A DNA stretch of 64,000 bases from a virus. Taxonomy: Duplodnaviria; Caudoviricetes. Of the stretch, positions 37,535 through 46,487 are shown in pieces. Within the stretch, counting starts at the first letter, position 1. Each line of letters starts with the position of its first letter. Where the stretch lies: the IMG/VR virus record IMGVR_UViG_3300042691_024284, positions 759 to 64,758 of that record; one strand, given 5' to 3'. The position numbers and the translations under genes are program-made. The notes under the pieces were generated by a model. That model ran no database searches, was not told the DNA's origin, and was given only the letters and a program-made list of their open reading frames with translations.

Positions 37535-37741
37535 ATGCAAAACTGGCAATTAATAGATGCAAACAATAGCCCGGTAGCTATCGGCGACGCTATCGTTTCA
37601 TTTCGCGGCGAGCAGGCCACACTCAAGGGCTGCAGCCCTCCGCAACATGCGGGATCTACTGGCAGGGTTTACGTAGGCGGAGGAGAGTATTATCCGTCCG
37701 TGTACGGTTTGAAATGGGTCAGCATCACTGACGAGGCCTGA
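37535..37741 (+). CDS. Small early protein
   Basis: Repeated RBS leader; stop codon lies inside HH3. Confidence 0.65.
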   Translation: MQNWQLIDANNSPVAIGDAIVSFRGEQATLKGCSPPQHAGSTGRVYVGGGEYYPSVYGLKWVSITDEA

Positions 37742-37773
37742 ATGGCCGAAACCCCGGCGACGGGGTCTGATGC
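37722..37773 (+). ncRNA. Type I hammerhead ribozyme HH3
   Basis: Core CTGACGA (variable position 7 = C); stems intact. Confidence 0.92.
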
Positions 37774-37796
37774 ATATAACACGGAGAAAACACACC

Positions 37797-38588
37797 ATGA
37801 CAACAGAAAACGCACAATGGGCAGCGCTGCTGTCCGACGCTGTCAACAAACCCGGCATTCTGTCGAGCGCCTACTCGGCATTCCATAATTACAGCATCGG
37901 GAATCAGATGCTGGCTTGGGGTCAGCTACACCAGCGAGGAATTCCGCTCGGGCCAATTGCCACATTCAAAGACTGGCAAAAACTCGGCCGGCAAGTGAAA
38001 AAAGGCGAAAAGGCCATTTCTCTTGTCATGCCAGTGACAGTGAACAAAAAAGACGAGACCGGCGAAAAGACGGGCGACTCGTTTACATGGTTTGCGCTCA
38101 AACCCCGCTGGTTTGTGCTCAGCCAGACAGACGGCACTGACTACGTACACGAGGCCAAGACGCCAGACTGGGACCCTGCGCTGGCACTGGCAGCGCTCGA
38201 CATTCAGGAAATTCCATTCGAGAGCGCCGACGGCAATTGTCAGGGCTATGCATCATCGCGGCAGATTGCAGTTAATCCAATTGCTGCACTGCCGCATAAA
38301 ACGCGATTCCATGAGCTAGCGCACGTCGTGCTCGGCCACACTGCCGAGGGCACGATGCAAGACGACGAGCGCACGCCGCGGGACATTCGCGAAGTCGAGG
38401 CAGAGTGCGTCGCCTACATTTGTGTGTCCCTGCTGGGCTTGTCCGGACAGCAAGAGTCGCGCGGGTATATCCAGCACTGGCTAGCTGGCGCCGAGATCGG
38501 CGACAAATCAGCGCAGAAAATATTCGCCGCCGCGGACAAGATTCTGAAAGCTGGCAAAAACCACCCTGAAAAAACCAGTACAGTGTAA
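37797..38588 (+). CDS. ArdC-like antirestriction protein (ssDNA-binding N-domain plus HExxH domain)
   Basis: HNYS.GNQ.L, ATF..W..LGRQVKKGEKAI, FHELAH and E.EAE.VAY motifs. Confidence 0.8.
   Translation: MTTENAQWAALLSDAVNKPGILSSAYSAFHNYSIGNQMLAWGQLHQRGIPLGPIATFKDWQKLGRQVKKGEKAISLVMPVTVNKKDETGEKTGDSFTWFALKPRWFVLSQTDGTDYVHEAKTPDWDPALALAALDIQEIPFESADGNCQGYASSRQIAVNPIAALPHKTRFHELAHVVLGHTAEGTMQDDERTPRDIREVEAECVAYICVSLLGLSGQQESRGYIQHWLAGAEIGDKSAQKIFAAADKILKAGKNHPEKTSTV
38563..38585 (+). promoter_or_regulatory. Early promoter-like repeat, copy 3
   Basis: -10-like TACAGT about 11 nt before the structured RNA. Confidence 0.65.
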
Positions 38589-38595
38589 CGATCAC

Positions 38596-38705
38596 GGAGG
38601 CGGGGAAGTGCAGCCCAGAGAACGTGGATCACGGCATGGACTAATAACCTCCATGCTGCCACGGACGGGCAGGATCGGGAGCTAGCTGCCCGCCCGCCTC
38701 CACCA
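38596..38705 (+). ncRNA. Unknown 110-nt hairpin RNA ending in ACCA, copy 1
   Basis: GGAGGCGGG/CCCGCCTCC closing stem followed by ACCA; inner stems GCAGC/GCTGC, CGTGG/CCACG and CGGCATGGA/TCCATGCTG. Confidence 0.65.
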
Positions 38706-38726
38706 CCACAACACGGAGAAAACACC

Positions 38727-38999
38727 ATGCAAAAAACATTCTACTTCATCACAGACCCCGGCCACGGCTGGGTCAAAGTGCCGGTCAATTTGCTGCATAC
38801 ACTCGGCATCGCCGACAAAATCTCGCTGTACTCGTACCAGCGCGGCGACTTTGCGTATCTCGAAGAGGATCAAGACGCCTCGCTGTTTCATCGCGCGTTT
38901 TTCGATAAGTACAACAGATTTCCGGTGTATCGGGAGCAAAACAGCATGCACAAATACTCGCGTGTTCGCGGGTATGACATCTACAGGAGCACACCATGA
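38727..38999 (+). CDS. Early hypothetical protein
   Basis: DPGHGW.KV and YLEED.D motifs; repeated RBS. Confidence 0.7.
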   Translation: MQKTFYFITDPGHGWVKVPVNLLHTLGIADKISLYSYQRGDFAYLEEDQDASLFHRAFFDKYNRFPVYREQNSMHKYSRVRGYDIYRSTP

Positions 39000-40341
39000 A
39001 TAAGACAATCAACGACATATTCGACAAATACTTTGCCGACTGCGAGGCCGGCTACATGGAGGCAGAGCGCCGGCGCCTCGAGCGCGCCCGGCGCCGCGCA
39101 GAGCATGATAAAAATCTGCATAGCTGCGGGTTTCCTCCGCCTGCCGTTATCGATCTAGGCTATACCGACTACGCTAAAGACAGCGCCGCCGGTCTCAATA
39201 CAGACTAACCACAGGAGCACACCATGAGTAAGTACACCATGCACCCCTGCCGTGACGTCGGCGGGGGTGAAATCGAGCGCTGCGAGGCTTGCGAGGCCGA
39301 CATGTTCACGATCTATCGCATCGAAGCAGACGGGACCGAGACAGCCCACATCGACTACGAGTTTGAGGATTCAGTCGAGATGGTGTCTCAGTGGGCAAAC
39401 GCAACGCGCGAGCTAGAGCGCCTAAACAGGAGCACAGCATGACAACACAGGCAGAACAACCAAAAGTTCATCTACAGGGCATCAAGATCAAGGCCAAGAT
39501 CAATCTTACGGCTGACGATTGGCAGCTCTACTCCATACCCGGCCGAGATACGGCAGCACGCCGGATGAACCGGGCCATGGAGCGCAAGCTTGCCAAGGGA
39601 GAGCTAGGATCTCTGCTGGACATTCTTGAGCCATACAGCAAGTGGGGCGCCTGCGATAGCGAAAGCTATCACACCGTCTACGCTGTGCTTCGCCGGCTGG
39701 GTTTGGACGACGAGAAATTTGCGTAAAACCCCCGGCGATTCACCATATATTTGATAACGACAGGAGCACACCATGAAAGAAATAAAACCAGACCCCTACA
39801 TTCGCATGCTGGGCATGCCCGCCGAAGATCTGCGACAGCAGATCGCGCATAGACTGGAGTCGGGCGAGGATCTAATAATGATCATCGCCTCGACATTGTC
39901 CGACGCGCAGGAGCTAGTGCAGATGCGGGATCAAACCCGCGCTCTGCAGGCCATTAATCGGGCCAAATGGATTTTGTTTGAAAACAAAGAGGAGACAACG
40001 CTATGACAGTGCAATCATTCTGGAACAACGACAGCGACATGCAAGACGTCGCGGACGAGCTATCCAGTCTTGTGCCGGCCATGGGGCCAGTGCCCGATCC
40101 GCGCAAGAACAAGGCGCTCGAGCGCTTCCGTCGCGCGAGCAATTGCTACTATGACCTGTACAACAACGGGCTGGACAATCGCCGGCAAGAGTTTTATAGG
40201 TTATTCAAAATCCGCGTGAGCGACTTTTATAAACGCGGCCGTCGTCGTGACATCGACTTTGACAGGATCATGCCAGTCGTCGAGCCGGTCATGCGACAGT
40301 TTGTGCTGGATGCTGCAGCCGAGCAGGGCATCGAGCAATGA
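38996..40341 (+). other. Cluster of five small early ORFs (38996-39208, 39224-39442, 39439-39726, 39773-40006, 40003-40341)
   Basis: Tightly packed; most have the ACAGGAGCACA(C/G)CATG leader. Confidence 0.7.
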
Positions 40342-40346
40342 TCAAC

Positions 40347-40458
40347 GGAGGCGGGAAAGTGTGGCCTATGACGGTCCGGACAGCGGCGCAGGCATCAAAC
40401 CCTGCGTTGAAACCCCGGCCGGGGCGTAACGGGAATCACTGCCCCCCTGCCTCCACCA
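40347..40458 (+). ncRNA. Unknown 112-nt hairpin RNA ending in ACCA, copy 2
   Basis: GGAGGCGGG/CCTGCCTCC stem followed by ACCA; AGTG/CACT and CGGCGCAGG/CCTGCGTTG stems. Confidence 0.65.
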
Positions 40459-40471
40459 ACACTAAAAAAAG

Positions 40472-41360
40472 ATGACTAAAAAGACAGCAAAAAAGCTCGA
40501 AGACAGCCTGCAGCAGCTTTACGCAGAGCAGGAAGCCCTCGAGGCTACGATGGACCCGTGGAACCGGGAAACGGCCGTAAAGTGGCAGCAGCTTGAAAAC
40601 AAAATCCGCCAGCTTACGATGCAAATTGACATACTTCACATGAAAGAGGCACAGCATGAAAGTGATTCTGACCGTCTGTTATAACCCCGACATCGAGCAC
40701 GACGGCGACGAGGGTAAAAGCTTGATCGAGTTTTATTATCCGCCGCACATCAAAGACGCGCTCATCGAGTTGCTGGGTGCAACAAGCATCAAGGCTGAGG
40801 CCGTCTCAAGCCAGGAAGAGGAGGAGTAACCATGCCGGCAATCATTACAATCGAGCAGTCGGGCCACGAGTTGTGGGTCACAGGCGACGACAGCGCGCAG
40901 CATGCCGACTTCGAGGAGCAGATGTACACGCTGCCGTACTACGGCGAGGCAGTGCTTGCGAAAGATGCAGCACACGAGTATGCTATCGCATGGGCCGCGG
41001 CAGTCGGCGGCACCGTTGAATATAAATAAAGGAGTTACACCATGGCAACCAACACCATAACCACAAAAGAGGGCAGCAGCGTGTACATGACAGCGCACGA
41101 AGCTGGCATGCTCTTGGCTGTGTTTTCGGAAAATGTATCGCTCACACTCACATTCAAAGAGCAGGACGCGCGAGCTCTAGCAGAGCGTATAATTAACGCG
41201 CTGGACAATTTTAAATTAACCACAATCAAGGAGTAACACCATGAAACGAATTAACGTGCCAACCGAAGAGCTACTCGGTATAATCGAGTGGCTGGATGCG
41301 CTAAACGCTACGATCCACAGCATTGAAGATGATCGCGGCGGCAGCGACAGCTGGCTGATA
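40472..41360 (+). other. Cluster of small early ORFs (40472-40684, 40656-40829, 40832-41029, 41042-41236, 41241-41360)
   Basis: Most preceded by AGGAG-type RBS; tightly packed. Confidence 0.6.
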
Positions 41361-41394
41361 AATTACACAACCGTTAAAACTGAGGAGTAACACC

Positions 41395-41661
41395 ATGCAA
41401 AACTTCGGAATCAAGATTGACCCCGTACAATCCCGCGCACTGGCTGCGCGTCTCGAGCAGGCCAACGGGTTTGTGACCGTGACGTTCCTGAAAAAAGACG
41501 GCACCATTCGCAAGATGAATTGCCGCATGGGCGTCACAAAGTATTTAAAAGGTGGCGAGTCAAAGCTCAACGCTGAGCAGTACGTGACGGTTTTTGACAT
41601 AACCAAGAGTGCGTATCGCGCAATTAATCGCGAGACCATTCTCGAAGTGAAAGGGGTGTGA
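41395..41661 (+). CDS. WYL_2/Sm-like SH3 barrel protein
   Basis: V.F.KKDGT.R.M..R.GV and V.DI.K..YR motifs. Confidence 0.65.
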   Translation: MQNFGIKIDPVQSRALAARLEQANGFVTVTFLKKDGTIRKMNCRMGVTKYLKGGESKLNAEQYVTVFDITKSAYRAINRETILEVKGV

Positions 41662-41662
41662 G

Positions 41663-42010
41663 ATGCGTTACTCAGTAAGCGGAATAAAAGATTCCGACAC
41701 TTCGGTTTATGATCGCGACATCGACTGCTGGTATATGAAACAAAACGTCATCGCGTTCACGGGCCTATGCCAAGTCCGCGGCGAGCGTGACGTGTTTTTT
41801 GGCGGCGAGGAGAGCCGGCCGTATCGCTCGAGGGTCCTGCTGAACCCGACGTGGCGGCAGCTCTTCAACGCAGCCAAAAAGCAGCAGCAGGCCACCAAAG
41901 ACTGGCACCATGATTTCTTTGAGGGCTATATCGACAGGGGCGAGGATGACTTCTCCGTACATCCACACAACCTGCCCGTTCGAGTGATCGAGCTTGTACT
42001 GGGGTCATGA
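41663..42010 (+). CDS. Hypothetical protein
   Basis: 115 aa coupled ORF. Confidence 0.6.
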   Translation: MRYSVSGIKDSDTSVYDRDIDCWYMKQNVIAFTGLCQVRGERDVFFGGEESRPYRSRVLLNPTWRQLFNAAKKQQQATKDWHHDFFEGYIDRGEDDFSVHPHNLPVRVIELVLGS

Positions 42011-42242
42011 GATGGAAAACAACACAACGCGCCGCCGCGGCATTGTTCTGTCCCTAAGCGGCATTGAGTACATCGTTTATACTTGTGTTGCTTTGGCAAT
42101 TTTAATCGTGGCCTGCATGGCCATACTGGAGCTGCTATGAAGATGCTCGGATTTTTAATGATGCTGTTTGGTTTTTTGTTAACCACGCAGGGCACGTCGT
42201 GGAATGCGCTCATGCTCATGGGCGGCGGCGCCGCGCTAATTT

Positions 42243-42830
42243 ATGGAGCGTACAGATTTGAAAAGAGATAAGACCGCGCTGTCTGACTATATCCGGGTGC
42301 TTTACAGGCACACGGTGCTGCCAGTACAGGAAGAAGAGCGGCTATCGAAGATGATACAGGCCGGAGACAACGCCGCATTGGAAAAGCTAGTGCGGCACAA
42401 TCTCCGGTTTGTCGTTTCGGTGGTCAAAGAAATGCCAATCTGGCAAAACGGCTCGGTGCCGTTCGAGGACATCGTTGCTATCGGTAACGAGTCGCTGCTG
42501 AAAGCAGCCCGCAAGTGGGTGCCAAAAAATGGGGCTCGGTTTGCCACGTACGCCAAGCCATTCATTATCAAGGGAATCAGGAGGGCTCTTGATAATGAGT
42601 GGTCAATGATCCGCGTGCCGGTGAACATCCTCGAAGAGATCCGCCGCATGAAGTATCTCGAGCGGGTTTTGTCGCAAGAGTTAAAACGGGACCCGACAGC
42701 CAGGGAGATTGCAGACCGGATGAAAGTGCACGAAAGCAGGATCACGGAGCTGCAAAATCTCCTGACCCTGGAGCCGGTGTCGCTTGAGGCCTACAACCAA
42801 GAGAAATTCCACGAGGAGAGCGAAGAATGA
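42243..42830 (+). CDS. Sigma70-family factor with regions 1.2, 2 and 3 but no region 4
   Basis: EE..L...IQAGD.AA..KLV.HNLRFVVSV, G.RFATYA...I, IRVP and R.PT..EIA; ends shortly after PVSLE. Confidence 0.88.
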   Translation: MERTDLKRDKTALSDYIRVLYRHTVLPVQEEERLSKMIQAGDNAALEKLVRHNLRFVVSVVKEMPIWQNGSVPFEDIVAIGNESLLKAARKWVPKNGARFATYAKPFIIKGIRRALDNEWSMIRVPVNILEEIRRMKYLERVLSQELKRDPTAREIADRMKVHESRITELQNLLTLEPVSLEAYNQEKFHEESEE

Positions 42831-43178
42831 AGCCAATCCAAAAAGAGGTTTACGATGACCGCGGCAATCTCAAGATCATCGAGGTAATCGACGCAGAAAC
42901 CAGCAAACACATTGCAGACTTTCTGTGGGACCCGCACGATGCGCAGACGCCGGAGAATCGCAATAAGTTTAGGGACTGGGTAGTTAACTGGATTAACAAT
43001 CGCATGAAAGGAAAAAGAGATGGAAACTAGGCAAGAGCTGATTCTAAAATTCATGCTGGCTTTGGCCAGCTCGAGTGAGGTCACAAGGCTGTTTGCACAA
43101 AACGACAGCACCCTCGTGGCCAGCAGGATATACCTCAATGCGGCAAAACTTGCCGATCAATACATCGAGGGAGTGTAA
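42827..43178 (+). other. Two small ORFs (42827-43030, 43020-43178)
   Basis: Overlapping start and stop codons. Confidence 0.55.
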
Positions 43179-43181
43179 TGC

Positions 43182-43202
43182 AAATGAGAATCATTCGCAT
43201 TT
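43182..43202. promoter_or_regulatory. Fur-box-like site
   Basis: AAATGAGAATCATTCGCATTT near-palindrome. Confidence 0.6.
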
Positions 43203-43419
43203 GTCAGGGGTTGCCGGGGTCGTGTCAGGGGTAGAGACGCGATTTTCCATATACTACCCCCTTTGCAACCCATTGATTTAATTGAAGAAAAAATTTGCTG
43301 TCAAGGGTTGCGGGGGTAGCGGGGGTCTATTTCACTTTTATTTTTTATTTTGAAAAAAGAAAAATAAATTTAAGAGGGAAGTACGTTTAGACCCCAGCAA
43401 CCCCCGCAACCCTTGACAG
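43201..43419. repeat. Origin-like element, copy R (inverted relative to 35353-35573)
   Basis: Block at 43201-43232; IHF site 43266-43278 (minus); arms at 43297-43329 and 43388-43419 around a 58-bp AT-rich spacer; abuts the primase gene. Confidence 0.9.
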
Positions 43420-43441
43420 AGTTAAAGTAAAACATTAAGTT
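43413..43441 (+). promoter_or_regulatory. Putative sigma70 promoter for primase, with -35 inside the repeat arm
   Basis: TTGACA-17 nt-TAAGTT. Confidence 0.5.
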
Positions 43442-43459
43442 TGTATAAGTTGAGGAACC

Positions 43460-45766
43460 ATGACCAGACCAACAGCTTTGCCGGTGCAATTTGACCAGAT
43501 CCCCATGACGCTGAAGATGATTCCGCGCTGGGTAGTCTGGCAATTTGTCGAGGTGGAAACCGCCGATGCCCGCAAATGGGCTAAAATTCCCCTACAAGCC
43601 GCTACTGGACTTCGTGCTAGTAGCACCAACCCCGACACGTGGGCAGACTTCCTAACAGCCCAAAAAGCCTATCAGACGGGCAAGTATGATGGCGTCGGAT
43701 TTGTCTTCATCAATTCTGACAACCTGGTAGGCGTCGATTTGGACGATTGTTTGTCCGAAAATGGGCAAATCACTAGCCCTGATGCAGCCACGATGCTGGA
43801 AAACATCGACGGCTACGCTGAAAAGAGCCCATCAGGAACCGGCGTGAAGATCTTCACGAGGACCACGCTGCACTCAGCCCACGTTGACCACAGCAAAGGC
43901 CTGGAGATCTACCCACACGCCCGATACTTTACAGTGACGGGCCATTATCTGCAGGGTGCCATACCCGAGCATGAAATTGATCTGTCCCCATTTATTCCGC
44001 CGCGCACGATCCATCGCTCGGGGGATGACTTCGCGGACTACACGCCGCCGGTGGAGGAGTATGACCTGGCCAGGGTGGAGCGGGAGATCCTCGCTAACCT
44101 GGACCCCGACTGCGGCTACACAGACTGGCTGACAGTGGGCATGGCCATGCACCACCAGTTCCAAGGCTCGGACGATGCGCTCGAGATGTGGGACAACTGG
44201 TCCTACCAAAATGGGGACTGTCCCTCATATTCACCCAACGAGTGCCGGCGCAAGTGGTCAACGTTTTCCAAAAAGGGCGGGGCCACGCTGCGCTCGTTGA
44301 TCTTCAAAATTAACCAAGTAAAAAAGCAGGAGGCCCTAGCACGTGGCGAGATCGTGCTAGACCAGGCCCCGCTGGACCACGCTCGCCAGTTCCTCGAGGC
44401 TAACCACACAACCGAGGAGGGCGTGCGGCTGGTGCACTACGCAGAGGACTACTTCGTGCACAAGGCCACGCACTACGAGGAGATTGAAGAGGCGACGATA
44501 CGCTCGCAGCTCTACAAGTTCCTCGACAAGTGCAAAAAGACAGACCGGCGAAGTAACTTGCTGCCGTTCATGCCAACGCCGGCGACGGTGACCGCGGCGC
44601 TCGACGCAACCAAAGCGCTCGTGCACCTGGAGAATCACCCCAACACCAAACCGCCGGTGTGGTTAGATGGTTACGCTAACGGCAAGCCCGCAGCATCGAA
44701 GCTGATTAGCGTAAAAAATGGGCTTTTCCATTTGGAAGAGTCGGTGCTGCTGCCACACAGCCTGGGGTTTTTTACGCAGAACAGTTTGCCGTTCGAGTAT
44801 GACCCCAAGGCAGCGTGTCCGACGTGGGAGAAGTTTCTCACGCAGATATGGGGCCACGATCAGGAGTCAATCGACACACTGCAAGAGATCTTCGGCTACG
44901 TCTTATCGGGCGACACGCGGCAGCAGAAATTTTTCAACGTGATCGGTCCGCGCAGATCAGGCAAGGGCACGATCAACAAGGTGCTCGTGGAGCTGCTGGG
45001 TCAGCACAACACAGTCGCACCAGAATTAGGAGAGCTCTGTGATACTTTCGGTCTTCAGCCTTGGCTGGGCAAGTTGCTCGCTAGTTTTACGGACGCACGA
45101 GCGCCTGAACGGAATCGAAGTGCTGTTGTCTCTCAGCTTTTAAGGATTGTAGGGGGCGACACGGTAACGGTGAACCGCAAAAACAAAGAGGCCTGGAACG
45201 GCTACTTGCCAACGCGGATCATTGTTTACTCAAACGAGGTCCTGCAGCTGACAGAAAACTCAAACGCGCTGACAGGCCGCATGATTGTGTTAAAGATGAC
45301 GCAGTCGTTTTACGGCAAAGAGGATACCGAGCTTGCCGCCAAACTGATGAAGGAGTTATCCGGCATCTTTAATTGGAGCATGGTCGGCCTGCGGCGCCGG
45401 ATGGAGCGGGGCGGGCACTTCCTGCAGCCAACCAGCGGCATCGATTTGCTGGAGATCATGGAGGATCTGTCCAATCCGATCAATCTGTTTTATCGTGATG
45501 TGCTCATGGAAGACCCCGAGGGATCAGTCGATAAAGATGATCTGTTTAAAGTCTTCAAAAAGTGGTCGCAGGAAAAAGGCATGCACCCTGGCACCGATTT
45601 ATCATTTAAGCGTAAGTTCCTCGCAGCAACGCAAGACAAGCCCATTACAACGGCAGTGTCGAGGGTTGAGGGCCGGCGTGAGAATGTGTATCGCGGGGTG
45701 AAGCTGACCGATAAGGCACAAAGTTTTGTCAATAGTCTAAGTGAATTTAACGAAAGGATTTTCTAA
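43460..45766 (+). CDS. Primase-polymerase / PriCT-2 / D5-like SF3 helicase fusion
   Basis: GVDLDDC, E.SPSG.G, W..VGMA.H and Walker A GPRRSGKGT motifs. Confidence 0.92.
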   Translation: MTRPTALPVQFDQIPMTLKMIPRWVVWQFVEVETADARKWAKIPLQAATGLRASSTNPDTWADFLTAQKAYQTGKYDGVGFVFINSDNLVGVDLDDCLSENGQITSPDAATMLENIDGYAEKSPSGTGVKIFTRTTLHSAHVDHSKGLEIYPHARYFTVTGHYLQGAIPEHEIDLSPFIPPRTIHRSGDDFADYTPPVEEYDLARVEREILANLDPDCGYTDWLTVGMAMHHQFQGSDDALEMWDNWSYQNGDCPSYSPNECRRKWSTFSKKGGATLRSLIFKINQVKKQEALARGEIVLDQAPLDHARQFLEANHTTEEGVRLVHYAEDYFVHKATHYEEIEEATIRSQLYKFLDKCKKTDRRSNLLPFMPTPATVTAALDATKALVHLENHPNTKPPVWLDGYANGKPAASKLISVKNGLFHLEESVLLPHSLGFFTQNSLPFEYDPKAACPTWEKFLTQIWGHDQESIDTLQEIFGYVLSGDTRQQKFFNVIGPRRSGKGTINKVLVELLGQHNTVAPELGELCDTFGLQPWLGKLLASFTDARAPERNRSAVVSQLLRIVGGDTVTVNRKNKEAWNGYLPTRIIVYSNEVLQLTENSNALTGRMIVLKMTQSFYGKEDTELAAKLMKELSGIFNWSMVGLRRRMERGGHFLQPTSGIDLLEIMEDLSNPINLFYRDVLMEDPEGSVDKDDLFKVFKKWSQEKGMHPGTDLSFKRKFLAATQDKPITTAVSRVEGRRENVYRGVKLTDKAQSFVNSLSEFNERIF

Positions 45767-46394
45767 TGGAAAGCTGGGCACAACCTGACCGATGGGTGCG
45801 CATCGTCGCCACCAAAAAACTGGGCTGCATTCGAGCCGTTGATGAAAGAGGGCGGCTGTCAATTGCCGTTCCAAGTGAGACTGATTGGCCATTTCCGACA
45901 CGCGTGTTTTGCGATATTGACAGCGTCGTGCCGATAGCCAAACCAAGAGTGCCAAAGGCAAAACTCGTATTTGAACCGGCGTTATTTTAAATGGAGAAAA
46001 GCATGCAAAGAGATTTAGAGCAGATCAAACAATTCGTAAATGGCATGTGGGCCCGCTCGCTGGCTGCAATGATTGCCATCGTGCTGGGCTTTATTGCCGG
46101 CACGCTGACGGCGCAGTGGCGCATCATGGACGATTGCAAGTTTATCAATAACTTCCGTGTTGATAATCAGGCTTTCTCATGTCAGCGCCGTATTTAAAAA
46201 GAGCTGTTAGGTTTGCAATCGAAACAGTAATCTTGGCTGCCGTGTTGTTTGCCGTGTTCATGTGGGGCATGCAACACGGCAAACGCGAGGCCATGAAAAC
46301 TGCTTTGTCGACTAACCCCGTGTCTGAAGAGCTTGAGATGACTTGCTTGAGTATCTGGGCCACGGAGCAAAACAAAAAAGGAAACATGAAATGA
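45766..46394 (+). other. Three small ORFs (45766-45990, 45991-46197, 46179-46394), two with TM helices
   Basis: Packed plus-strand ORFs. Confidence 0.55.
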
Positions 46395-46487
46395 CCGTCA
46401 TCGTGCTACACGCCAAAAGTTTAGACCCGATATTTTTTGCGCTGTTTGCTATCGGGGTTGCAATGTTCGCTACATGGAGGAGCTATC

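Noticed and set aside
38596-38705. SRP (4.5S) RNA or tRNA
   Set aside because: Size and ends are similar, but the SRP domain IV motif and GNRA loop are absent and there is no cloverleaf.
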